A stretch of DNA of 64,000 nucleotides, from contig CAVWBU010000016.1 in assembly GCA_963753345.1 (NCBI GenBank), positions 160,001 to 224,000 of the forward strand, in the 5' to 3' direction. The DNA comes from an uncultured Fibrobacterota bacterium (GTDB taxonomy: Bacteria > Fibrobacterota > Chitinivibrionia > Chitinivibrionales > FEN-1185). A program made the translations under genes and the position numbers. Below are positions 44,447 to 53,399 of this stretch, in pieces; within the stretch, counting starts at the first letter, position 1, and each line of letters begins with the position of its first letter. A model generated the notes under the pieces. That model saw only the letters and a program-made list of their open reading frames with translations, had not been told where the DNA came from and searched no databases.

Positions 44447-45117
44447 AAATCATGATGAATTTCTTTGTTCAAGCAATGCTGGTCACACTGGTTGCTTTGC
44501 TTTGCGCATGCTCTTCCGCGCCGCTTGCAGGCGGCAACAGCTCGCAGACCGGCAATGCCGGCATCACCGTTGCTTCCTTGTCACAAAACATTTCCGGCAC
44601 TACGCGGCCCGGAGCACTGGTCTTTATCTACGGCCGGTCGTATCTCCCCTATGCCACCCCTCCCGGGTTCCGTGACTCCACGTTCGCTGATGACAGCGGC
44701 CGGTTCGCTTTTACCCCCGATACCCAAGGATATGTAAATCTTATCGTCAACGATGAACTTCACGGTACCACCGGGTTCATCAAGAACATTCCGGTCTTTG
44801 CCGATTCGGCGTTTACCGATACGATAGACACGCTTAAACACCCTGGCCTTCTGGCCGGCATTGCAACCGATTCCGCGGGATCGGCACTTGCGCTCTCGTA
44901 TGTATATGTGCCGGGATCGCCGTTCTACACGGTCACAAGAAACGACGGCCAGTTCCTGCTCGGGCCGCTTCCCGCAGGCAGCTATACCATCGGCCTTTTT
45001 GCGAACTTCGTGGTCGCAAATGCCAATCCCGATCAGCTCATCGCAACATTCACCACGGTTGCAGACACGAGCTCGGCGGTGGTGTATCCGGACAGCATTT
45101 CAACGTGGCACAGATGA
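44443..45117 (+). CDS. Lipoprotein with carboxypeptidase-regulatory-like domains (typical TIGR02147 neighbour)
   Basis: Lipobox LCAC, AGGNSSQTGN, VYVPGSPFYTVTRNDGQF..LPAGSY; overlaps the upstream stop (ATGA). Confidence 0.75.
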   Translation: MKIMMNFFVQAMLVTLVALLCACSSAPLAGGNSSQTGNAGITVASLSQNISGTTRPGALVFIYGRSYLPYATPPGFRDSTFADDSGRFAFTPDTQGYVNLIVNDELHGTTGFIKNIPVFADSAFTDTIDTLKHPGLLAGIATDSAGSALALSYVYVPGSPFYTVTRNDGQFLLGPLPAGSYTIGLFANFVVANANPDQLIATFTTVADTSSAVVYPDSISTWHR

Positions 45118-45160
45118 AGAATGCAACAAAGACTTTACACCTCAACCAAGGAGGATGATT

Positions 45161-45766
45161 ATGACAAAAGCAGGCTTTCTGTCAGCAGCCATCCTGATGG
45201 CAATCATGTCGTTTGCGGTGCGGTCATCGGCAACCGATTCTCTCGCGGTAGACCCGCTGCACCCAACCACCGCCGACCCGATAACCTTCACCATCATTAT
45301 ACCGAACTGGGACTGCTGTACCCAGTATGCCAACGATTCGACGGTGACGCTCTTGGGAGACACCGGCGTGCTCCTCACCTACACGTACAATCAGCCGCAG
45401 GTGTGTCCCATGATAGCCTGCCTGAATGTCGATAAAGATCTTGTTTACAAAAGCGCGCCGCTCAAGGCAGGCACTTATTCGGTATACGAGCAGCGTGAAC
45501 TTCTGTGCACCACGGGCATTTGCCCGGACATAGCATTTATCCTGGTGAAGATCGGAACCGTGACGGTAACACCTCCAACAGGCATTGTGAATCCGCCGCA
45601 TCGGGCGCCCGTTGCTATCAGTTTGGGGACCAGCACCAGCGGGAAAATCTATGACGTAAGGGGCGTTCTCGTTTCATCATCCGCCGCGCGCGCCGGACTC
45701 CGAGCGCCAGGTGTTTATCTCGTCAAGAACGGATCACAAATGTCAAGAACGATTGTTGCGCCATGA
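45161..45766 (+). CDS. Secreted Cys-rich hypothetical protein with C-terminal sorting-like domain
   Basis: Signal peptide, six-Cys domain, C-terminal IYDVRG...PGVYLVK. Confidence 0.75.
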   Translation: MTKAGFLSAAILMAIMSFAVRSSATDSLAVDPLHPTTADPITFTIIIPNWDCCTQYANDSTVTLLGDTGVLLTYTYNQPQVCPMIACLNVDKDLVYKSAPLKAGTYSVYEQRELLCTTGICPDIAFILVKIGTVTVTPPTGIVNPPHRAPVAISLGTSTSGKIYDVRGVLVSSSAARAGLRAPGVYLVKNGSQMSRTIVAP

Positions 45767-45833
45767 CGTCAGCCAGGCGAGTTTTCATCGAAAATCGACC
45801 TGGAACCTTAAAAGTCAATAAGGGAGGATTAGT

Positions 45834-47207
45834 ATGTTCAGAAAACCATTCGTTATGATGATCGGGGTGGCCCTGCTTTCTCCCGGCACATTCGCCCAGA
45901 CCGGGGTGCCCGTTTTGAATCCGGTCGTGATACGCGGGTCCGTGTATGACGACACCTATCCTGCAAAACTGCTCATCGCCAACGTGAGAGTCAGGCTCTG
46001 GAAGCAGCTTGCGATCCTTCCTCCCCAGACCGGCAGCGCAAAGGCTCTGGCCGCGGACCAAACGCTCCTTGACTCGGCAGTGACGGATGCCACCGGCTGG
46101 TTTGCGTTCAAACCCGTTTTAGTAGGCACGTACCAGGTCTCATTTGACAAGCCGTCCTACGCAAGCAGGCAGATTTCCCTTACCGTCTATGCCGACACCA
46201 CGCTTATGGTGCCCCTGCTTGCCGCAGGCGCGAAGGCGCGCGTGGCGGGGACTGTGCGAGCGGCGTGTTCCGGTCTCCTCGGCATGCCGTGCATTCTGCA
46301 GCCGATACCCGGCTGCGCTGTGACCGTTTCCCTAGCAACCGTGGTGCCGATAGCGCCGGTTCCCCTCAATACGGCCGTTCTATCAACGATTGATTCCGTG
46401 GCATACTTCGCAATCACCGACTCCATGGGCAATTATGCCATCGACAGCATCCCCATCGACGTGAACGGCGAGGGTATTTCGGTGTCGGTCAGCGTAGCGG
46501 GCTATGCCACCCAGACAATTGACACAACGATCCAGAACAACCTTACGACAACCGTGAATTTCTCTCTTGCCAAGTCCGCCTCAGGTCCCAGAGACACGGT
46601 ATACGTGACGCCGGTTCGCCCGACAACGTCCGATTCGCTGCACTTCACCCTGTATAATGCAAACCACTGCTGCGCCACCATCTACCGCGGCAACTCGGTT
46701 TCGGTTTCGGACACCATCATTTACCTATCGTACACCTACGACGATACCCTGTGCCCATACACCGACTGTTTTGCGGCGGGTTCGGAGACTGGTTTTTCAA
46801 GCAAGCCGCTGACGGCCGGCACGTATGCCATTTACAAAGTCGAAAGCATGTATTGTCCACCAGGACGCGCTTGCCCGCTGTATCTCCTGGCGCCGGAGCG
46901 CGTCGGCAGCGTGATTGTTGGTCCTGCAGCCTCAGTGCGGCCGTATCCTTACAGTGCGACTCCAACAACCGCCATTGACATTGCGGGACAGGGCGTGTTG
47001 GTGACCCTGGCCGCCCCCGGCCACGCCACCCTGCGCGTGTACGATGTGAGCGGCAGGCTGCTCGCTGAACTGCACAACGGCTGGATGAGTGCAGGCGCTC
47101 ACCGGTTCGCCATCGGCTCCCTGAGGCCGGCCGCAGGGATGTTCATTGTCAGCCTGGCTGTTGACGGGAAGACGTCTCTGGTGAAGACCGCGGCGCTTGC
47201 ACGCTGA
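45834..47207 (+). CDS. Secreted protein: two carboxypeptidase-regulatory-like domains, six-Cys domain, C-terminal sorting-like domain
   Basis: Signal peptide; TDATGWFAF and TDSMGNYAI; LRVYDVSGRLLAEL...AAGMFIV. Confidence 0.8.
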   Translation: MFRKPFVMMIGVALLSPGTFAQTGVPVLNPVVIRGSVYDDTYPAKLLIANVRVRLWKQLAILPPQTGSAKALAADQTLLDSAVTDATGWFAFKPVLVGTYQVSFDKPSYASRQISLTVYADTTLMVPLLAAGAKARVAGTVRAACSGLLGMPCILQPIPGCAVTVSLATVVPIAPVPLNTAVLSTIDSVAYFAITDSMGNYAIDSIPIDVNGEGISVSVSVAGYATQTIDTTIQNNLTTTVNFSLAKSASGPRDTVYVTPVRPTTSDSLHFTLYNANHCCATIYRGNSVSVSDTIIYLSYTYDDTLCPYTDCFAAGSETGFSSKPLTAGTYAIYKVESMYCPPGRACPLYLLAPERVGSVIVGPAASVRPYPYSATPTTAIDIAGQGVLVTLAAPGHATLRVYDVSGRLLAELHNGWMSAGAHRFAIGSLRPAAGMFIVSLAVDGKTSLVKTAALAR

Positions 47208-47221
47208 CCACGATGCCAGCG

Positions 47222-47265
47222 AACGCGCACCATGGGTCACTCGACCCGTTGTGCGCGTTTTTTTT
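47222..47265 (+). terminator. Intrinsic terminator
   Basis: AACGCGCAC..GGGTC-actc-GACCC..GTGCGCGTT stem, followed by a T-run 15 nt after the stop. Confidence 0.75.
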
Positions 47266-47277
47266 CATCACTTTCCT

Positions 47278-47306
47278 TTGTATTTCCTTCCGCTATAAGG
47301 TATATT
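47278..47306 (+). promoter_or_regulatory. Sigma70-type promoter
   Basis: TTGTAT-N17-TATATT upstream of the RRM gene. Confidence 0.5.
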
Positions 47307-47376
47307 GCATTCAGGCAAAACGTGCCGGCGAGCCGTATGGCTCTTTACAATCACAGTTTCAAGAGAGGTGTCTGGT

Positions 47377-47694
47377 ATGAACATTTATGTTGGTAATTTG
47401 TCGTTTGATGCCGGCGAGGCCGACGTCCGTCAGCTGTTTGAGGCCCATGGTCAGGTCGCGTCGGTGTCGGTCATCGAAGACAAATTCACCGGTAGGCCCA
47501 GGGGTTTCGCGTTTGTCGAAATGCCCACGGATGCCGAAGCTCAGGCCGCCATCGCGGCCCTCAACAGCAAGGATTTCAAAGGTCGCCCGCTCACGGTCAA
47601 CGAGGCCCGTCCGCGCACCGAGCGCACCGGCAGAGGCGGCGGTGGTGGCGGGGGATATCGCGGCGGCAGGGATGGCGGACAGCGCGCGTGGTAG
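47377..47694 (+). CDS. RRM RNA-binding protein with Gly-rich tail
   Basis: MNIYVGNLSF (RNP2), RGFAFVEM (RNP1), LTVNEARPR, GGGGG tail. Confidence 0.95.
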   Translation: MNIYVGNLSFDAGEADVRQLFEAHGQVASVSVIEDKFTGRPRGFAFVEMPTDAEAQAAIAALNSKDFKGRPLTVNEARPRTERTGRGGGGGGGYRGGRDGGQRAW

Positions 47695-47885
47695 GTACGC
47701 GACAAAATCGTTAGCCAATAAGTAAATTTGTTCAATGGTTCAATAAAGAAGGCGTTCGAACGCGGGAAGCGGTCGGATGCCTTCTTCATTTACGGTAACT
47801 GGAACCAGGAGCTCAGGACACTCGAAAAGAAGATGCAAGAGATCGTCCGCAAAAAAGCGAAACGTAAAGCGGCAAGGAACAAACC

Positions 47886-48323
47886 ATGACAGCTTCGCAC
47901 GACGCAATCGAACTTTACAAGATGACCTTCACCTGCTCCCAGGCGATCTGTGCCGCTTTCGGCGCAAACCTCGGCCTCGACAAAGAGACGGCGCTCAAAA
48001 TCTCCTGCGCGTTCGGCGGCGGGTGCAGCCGGCTCGGCCTTACCTGCGGGGCGGTCACCGGTGCGTTCATGGTGATCGGGCTCAAATTCGGGAGAAGCAA
48101 ACCCGACGACCTTGCCGCAAAGGAAAAGACTTATGCGATGACGCAGGAGTTTGCAAGGAGGTTCACCGCCATAAACGGCTCGCTCAACTGCACGGAACTG
48201 CTCGGCTGCGACATGGGCACCGACAAAGGATACGCCGCGGCAAAGGAGCGCAATCTTTTCACCACGCTGTGCCTCAAGCTGGTGAAAGATGCGGCGGAGA
48301 TAGTGGAGAATATTTGCAAATGA
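47886..48323 (+). CDS. C_GCAxxG_C_C-family redox protein
   Basis: FTCSQAI, FGGG, TCGAVTG, LNCTELLG, C-terminal Cys. Confidence 0.88.
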   Translation: MTASHDAIELYKMTFTCSQAICAAFGANLGLDKETALKISCAFGGGCSRLGLTCGAVTGAFMVIGLKFGRSKPDDLAAKEKTYAMTQEFARRFTAINGSLNCTELLGCDMGTDKGYAAAKERNLFTTLCLKLVKDAAEIVENICK

Positions 48324-48495
48324 GAGTGGCTGCTATCATTCCTGCGGCGCGGAACTGTTCACGCTCGACACTTAAATTGGTTTGTCGCTATCCTATTCGA
48401 TTCTTTGGATCTCGTCCCACCAATCCCTCAAAACCGCCGGGAGATTCATTTTAATCGGCTCATTCTACAATTTACATTCTTCATTCTACAATTCT

Positions 48496-49884
48496 CTAGA
48501 ACTCCGCATTCCCCGGCCACCTCGGAAACGGTATCACTTCCCTTATGTTCTGCAGACCGGTGACCAGGAGCATCAGCCGCTCGAAGCCCAGACCGAATCC
48601 TGCGTGCGGGGCCGAACCGTATTTCCTCAAGTCAAGGTACCACCAGTAGTCTTTTTCATTGAGGCCCAGTTCCTTTATCCTCGCCAGCAGCACGTCGTGC
48701 CGGTCTTCGCGCTCGCTGCCGCCGATAAGCTCGCCGATGCGCGGCACCAGAAGGTCCATGGCGCGCACGGTCTTTCCGTCGTCGTTCTGCTTCATGTAAA
48801 AGGCCTTGATCCGCTTCGGGTAGTCGCGCACGATCACCGGTTTCCCGTAGGCCTTTTCGGTGAGAAACCGCTCGTGTTCGGTCTGCAGGTCGCTCCCCCA
48901 TTGCACCTTGAATTCAAAGGAGTCGTTCGCCTTTTCGAGGACGGCAATCGCCTCCGTATAGGTGATTCGCTCAAACGCGCTGTCGGCGATGTGCGCCAGC
49001 GAGTCGAGCAGAGAGGTATCGATGCGTTCGTTGAAGAACGCAAGGTCGTTGTTGTTATTGTCAAGCGCATAGCGCACCAGGTACCGCACAAATTCCTCGG
49101 CAAGCGCCATGTCTTCGTCGAGCCCGGCAAAAGCCATTTCGGGCTCGATCATCCAGAACTCCGCAAGGTGGCGCGGCGTATTGGAGTTTTCCGCGCGGAA
49201 CGTTGGGCCGAAGGTGTACACGCGTGAAAGCGCAAGCGCATATATCTCGGCCTCAAGCTGGCCGCTTACCGTGAGGCCCGCTTTCTTTCCGAAGAAGTCG
49301 CGGCTGTAATCAACGCCGCCTGCTGCGTCGCGCGGAAGATTTTCAAGCGGCAGCGCCGTGACCCGGAACTGCTCGCCCGCTCCCTCGCAGTCGCTGGTGG
49401 TTATAACGGGCGTATGTATGTAGTGGAACCCGCGCTCCTGAAAAAACTTGTGCACGGCGAAGCTCAGGGAGCTGCGCAGCCGTGCGACCGCGCCCATGGT
49501 GTTCGTCCTGGGCGCAGGTGGGCGATGTCGCGCAGGTACTCGAAACTGTGGTGCTTCTTCTGGAGCGGGTAGTCGGCCGGCGCGGACGGAAAATACGGTG
49601 ATCTTCGACGCGCGCAGTTCCACGGACTGGCCCTTTCCGGGAGACTGTGCGAGCGTGCCCTCGCACGAGATTGCGCTGCCGGTTGTCAACTTGATGATGT
49701 CGACGCCGTAATTCGGAAGCGATCCGTCGGCGATCACCTGCAGCGAGGCGACACACGAGCCGTCGTTGACTTCAAGGAACGAGAATGTCTTGGCGTCGCG
49801 GCGGGTTCGGACCCAGCCGGCAACATTAATTTGCTCGCCAGTTTTACCTTTTGACAAGACATTGACAATCGCATCAGTCTTCAT
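48496..49884 (-). CDS. asnS: Asparagine--tRNA ligase (contains a short compensated frameshift ~49510-49590)
   Basis: [58 protein letters not shown]. Confidence 0.96.
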   Translation of the reverse strand: MKTDAIVNVLSKGKTGEQINVAGWVRTRRDAKTFSFLEVNDGSCVASLQVIADGSLPNYGVDIIKLTTGSAISCEGTLAQSPGKGQSVELRASKITVFSVRAGRLPAPEEAPQFRVPARHRPPAPRTNTMGAVARLRSSLSFAVHKFFQERGFHYIHTPVITTSDCEGAGEQFRVTALPLENLPRDAAGGVDYSRDFFGKKAGLTVSGQLEAEIYALALSRVYTFGPTFRAENSNTPRHLAEFWMIEPEMAFAGLDEDMALAEEFVRYLVRYALDNNNNDLAFFNERIDTSLLDSLAHIADSAFERITYTEAIAVLEKANDSFEFKVQWGSDLQTEHERFLTEKAYGKPVIVRDYPKRIKAFYMKQNDDGKTVRAMDLLVPRIGELIGGSEREDRHDVLLARIKELGLNEKDYWWYLDLRKYGSAPHAGFGLGFERLMLLVTGLQNIREVIPFPRWPGNAEF

Positions 49885-49927
49885 TTACCGGGCTCCTGTA
49901 CATGCACCAAAATGAATTTATTTCATG

Positions 49928-50076
49928 TGGGGGAGGTTTCCCCCTCGCTGCGGCTCGGTCACACCACTTTACAAGTTAGATTTTCGATCATGCATGACCG
50001 AGCCTCCGCTACCCCCTCTTGGGTGCACCCCAAGTGGAAGCGGTTGCAAGCATCAAACACCTGTGTGGGGCACCCA
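49928..50076. repeat. Structured repeat family II, copy 4 (G-rich strand = -)
   Basis: Reverse complement TGGGTGCCCC..CTTGCAACC..GGGGTGCACCCAAGAGGGGGTAGCGGAGG...GAGCCGCAGCGAGGGGGAAACCTCCCCCA. Confidence 0.9.
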
Positions 50077-50167
50077 CCAGCGACTGTGGCAATAAAAATC
50101 GGCCCGACAGATTACCCAACAAAACGTTAGTGAAAGAAATCAAAGCCGGCAATCATCCTCTGCCCGC

Positions 50168-50311
50168 GCGCCAGGCAGGACTGGAAAAATGGTCCCGCTT
50201 GAGGCGGGATGCCGCCCGGACCCGCCGCTACTGCGGCATAGGACCGTGGCGGCCCGAGGCCAAAGGCCGAGACCGGAAGGACGGCCGCCGCCGCAAAGCG
50301 GCGGGGCGCCC
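50168..50311. repeat. Structured repeat family I, copy 7 (C-rich strand = -)
   Basis: Reverse complement GGGCGCC...TCCTTCCGGTCTCGGCC..GGCCTCG...TCCAGTCCTGCCTGGCGC. Confidence 0.88.
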
Positions 50312-50330
50312 ATTTCCTTTTATTATTCTT

Positions 50331-50370
50331 GTGACGCGGCCGGGCTGGAGCGAGGGGGATACCTCCCCCA
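50331..50370. repeat. Family II repeat, 3' fragment (G-rich strand = +)
   Basis: GCGGCCGGGCTGGAGCGAGGGGGATACCTCCCCCA matches the 3' end of copies 3 and 5. Confidence 0.75.
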
Positions 50371-50394
50371 ATATGAAATTGCCTTTTATCTATA

Positions 50395-50913
50395 TCACTC
50401 ACCAGAATAATTTATAAGCGTCTTTGGATCATACTCTCCAATTTTATCTTTATACTTCAAAAACGGCAGCCCTATTATACCGAACATTCCCGCCACTTCT
50501 CCACCCTGGCGCCTCACCATTTTCGCGACAGCCTCGAGCGTGCCGCCGGTCGCGATCAGGTCGTCGATGATGAGCCATTTTCCGGGAACAAGGTCTGCAC
50601 TGTGGATCTGGAGCGTTGCCTGCCCGTACTCCAGCGCATAACTCTCTTCGATTGTTTTTCCCGGCAGCTTTCCCTTCTTGCGCGCAAGCACGAGCGGCAG
50701 TCCGCGCTCAACCGCGAAGCAGGATCCCAGGAGAAATCCCCGGCTTTCTATTGCGATCACGCCGGTCACCGCGGTGTTTTTGTATAAAGCGAGCATCCGT
50801 TCCACGGTGTATTGGTATGCTTTTGGGTTTGTGAAGATGCTTGTCACGTCGTAAAACAGCACGCCCGGCTTGGGAAAATCCGGCACTTTCCTGATGGCAT
50901 CGTCGAGGTTCAT
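50395..50913 (-). CDS. apt: Adenine phosphoribosyltransferase
   Basis: PDFPKPGVLFYDVT, IESRGF, RKKGKLPG, YALEYG, IIDDLIATGGT. Confidence 0.96.
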   Translation of the reverse strand: MNLDDAIRKVPDFPKPGVLFYDVTSIFTNPKAYQYTVERMLALYKNTAVTGVIAIESRGFLLGSCFAVERGLPLVLARKKGKLPGKTIEESYALEYGQATLQIHSADLVPGKWLIIDDLIATGGTLEAVAKMVRRQGGEVAGMFGIIGLPFLKYKDKIGEYDPKTLINYSGE

Positions 50914-50950
50914 GCGGTCTCCTTGGTTGTTGGTCAAAAGCGAGTTGGAA

Positions 50951-50979
50951 ATATACGTTTCGAGACGGAATTCTCCAAG
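50951..50979 (-). promoter_or_regulatory. Sigma70-type promoter for apt
   Basis: Minus strand TTGGAG-N17-TATATT. Confidence 0.45.
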
Positions 50980-51065
50980 ATCGGGCGGTTACAACAAGAC
51001 AAGCTTGTGCCGCAAATGGCAAGGAAAATGTATATTGAAAGAGATGTAATTAATTTAGAAAAATT

Positions 51066-51233
51066 GGGCGTTACCCCTTTTGGAGTGGCATTCTATCAAT
51101 GCCACTCCAAAAGGGGTCGGCTCTCCCTCCGGGCTCAGCCTGGCGGCCTCGTTGCCGCCTGTCCCTAACGCCTTCGGCGAGGGATCAGGCGTCAATCCCG
51201 CTATGGCGGGACCGCTCCGGTCCTGCCTAACGC
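51066..51233. repeat. Structured repeat family I, copy 8 (C-rich strand = +), divergent, with a perfect 20-bp hairpin
   Basis: GGGCGTT-[ACCCCTTTTGGAGTGGCATT ctatc AATGCCACTCCAAAAGGGGT]-CGGCTCTCCCTCCGGGCTC...CTCCGGTCCTGCCTAACGC. Confidence 0.85.
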
Positions 51234-51425
51234 GCCCAAAAAGTAGATTGGGCCCGGGCGCAGCTTGGCCAAGGCATGATTCAGCCAGGTCGGTACGTAC
51301 GCTCAGGTGGATAGGGACGGATTCTACAGCAGCAGTCACTTTGGTTTTTCACAAGAAAGAATTTTTATTTCTTTTTTGATCGTTCGCGCTGGTGAAGAGT
51401 GGTGGATTTTACAGCGGCAGTCACT

Positions 51426-52376
51426 ATGGCTTTTTTTACAAAAAGAATTATCCTTTCTCTCTTGATCGCCTCGGCCGGCCTTATCATATCCGGCTGTATG
51501 GGCAAGATCGCCACGAACATGTTTGCCGGCGCGCTGTCGAAGGACAATGGGGCCGCGGTGTTCTCCGGCGACGACGATCCCGAGCTCGTGGGAGACGCGC
51601 TGCCGTTCGCCATTAAAATGTACGAATCCCTGCTCGCCGGAAGCCCGAACAACCCGGCGCTCCTGCTTGCCGCGGGAAAATCCCTGTGCATGTACTCGTA
51701 CGCGTTTGTCCAGTCTCCGGCGGAACAGATGTCGGTAAGCGAGCTTGCCGAAAAAGAGGAAATGCTCCAGCGCGCCAAGCACCTGTACCTACGCGGACGC
51801 GACTACATTCTCAAGGCCGTTTCGCTCCGTCACCCGCATTTTGTGGAACACCTTACCAAAAGTGACTTTGCAGCCGCGTTCAAGAACATGTCGGCGAGGG
51901 ACACCTCGTACCTGTACTGGGCGGGCTTGTCGTGGATGGCCGCGTTTTCCGTCGACAAGAGCGACGTGGCCCTTGCCGTGGACATTCCCCGAGCCGTGGC
52001 ATGCATCAGCAAGGTTATGGAACTCAAGGACGGGTATGGCGAAGGCGCGGCGCACGAGTTCTTTGTCTCATATTACGGCGCCATGCCCGCCGCCATGGGC
52101 GGCAGCGAGGCAAAGGCGCGCGAGCATTTCGCGCTTTCCATAAAGTACTCGAACGGCGCAAAGGTAAGCCCCTACCTTGCCCTTGCGACCACGGTGTGCG
52201 TGAGGAACCAGAACCTCCCGGAATTCAAGACGCTGCTCGAGACCGCGCTCAAGGTGAATATCAACAAGAGCCGCGGCAACAGGCTTGTGAACATTCTCAA
52301 CCAGCAGAAAGCCCGATGGCTTCTCGACCATACCGACGATTACTTTCTGCCCGCACAAGGAGACACCGCACAATGA
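51426..52376 (+). CDS. TRAP-transporter TPR lipoprotein, TatT component of a TPAT system
   Basis: Lipobox IISGC; DDDPELVGDALPFAIKMYESLL, YSYAFV, GGSEAKAREHF; directly upstream of dctP/dctQM. Confidence 0.85.
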   Translation: MAFFTKRIILSLLIASAGLIISGCMGKIATNMFAGALSKDNGAAVFSGDDDPELVGDALPFAIKMYESLLAGSPNNPALLLAAGKSLCMYSYAFVQSPAEQMSVSELAEKEEMLQRAKHLYLRGRDYILKAVSLRHPHFVEHLTKSDFAAAFKNMSARDTSYLYWAGLSWMAAFSVDKSDVALAVDIPRAVACISKVMELKDGYGEGAAHEFFVSYYGAMPAAMGGSEAKAREHFALSIKYSNGAKVSPYLALATTVCVRNQNLPEFKTLLETALKVNINKSRGNRLVNILNQQKARWLLDHTDDYFLPAQGDTAQ

Positions 52377-53380
52377 TTGCCCGACTGATTCTCCTTCTCG
52401 CCTCGTGCATATTCCTGTTTGTCCATGTCCCGCCGGCATGCGGCCTCACGATCAAACTCGGCAGCCTCGCGCCCGCCGGCTCACCCTGGGACAAGGGGCT
52501 TTCCAGGCTCGCCGCGGAGTGGCAGAAGATATCCAACGGGACCGTCGAGCTCAAGGTCTATCCGGGCGGCATCGTGGGCGACGAATCGGACATGACGCGC
52601 AAGATGCGCATCGGCCAGCTCAACGCGGCGGGCCTTTCGGGCGTGGGGCTGTTCCGCATCTATCCCGAGATCGTCACGGTCCAGCTTCCCCTGTTTATCC
52701 GCAGCAACGAAGAGCTCGATTACGTTCTTGACAAGATGAAGCCGGCGTTCTCGAAAGAGCTGGAGCAGCGGGGGTTCAAGATCGTGATCTGGTCGTTCGT
52801 GGGATGGGTGCACTTTTTTTCCAAGAGCCCCGTGGTGACGCCCGACGACATGAAGAAGCAGAAGCTGTTCGTGTGGGCCGGCGACGCCGACGCGGCCCAG
52901 ATCTGGAAGGAAAGCGGATTCCGCGTCGTCCCACTCACCCCCACCGACCTCATGCCTTCTTTGCAAAGCGGAATGGTGGAGGCCTTTACCGCGACCGCCC
53001 TTTCCGCCGCGTCGTACCAGTGGTTCGGGCTTGCCAAGAACATGTGCGCCATGAAATGGGCGCCGCTCATCGGCGGCATCGTTGTCTGCGCGAACACGTG
53101 GTCCAAAATCGACCCGGAGCTTGCCGCAAAGCTCGAGGCCGCGGCCGCCCAGGTCGGCGCAGACATGCAGGCCGAGATCCTCAAGGCCGATGTCGCGGCA
53201 GTGGACATCATGAAGAAAAACGGCCTCGTGGTCAATCCCGTCTCGCAGGACGCCGAGAACACGTGGCGCGCCGCAGTCCAGGCCGGCTTCGAAAAGGGGT
53301 TCCTCAAGAACATCAACAACGACGTTTACGAAGCGGTGAAGAAATACGATGCCGAATACCGCGCCGCGCACCCCAAGTAG
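52373..53380 (+). CDS. dctP: TRAP substrate-binding protein DctP (TatP)
   Basis: IKLGSLAPAGSPW, YPGGIVGDE, KMRIGQL, LQSGMV. Confidence 0.9.
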   Translation: MIARLILLLASCIFLFVHVPPACGLTIKLGSLAPAGSPWDKGLSRLAAEWQKISNGTVELKVYPGGIVGDESDMTRKMRIGQLNAAGLSGVGLFRIYPEIVTVQLPLFIRSNEELDYVLDKMKPAFSKELEQRGFKIVIWSFVGWVHFFSKSPVVTPDDMKKQKLFVWAGDADAAQIWKESGFRVVPLTPTDLMPSLQSGMVEAFTATALSAASYQWFGLAKNMCAMKWAPLIGGIVVCANTWSKIDPELAAKLEAAAAQVGADMQAEILKADVAAVDIMKKNGLVVNPVSQDAENTWRAAVQAGFEKGFLKNINNDVYEAVKKYDAEYRAAHPK

Positions 53381-53399
53381 CAGGCGGCGCCTTCCCACC

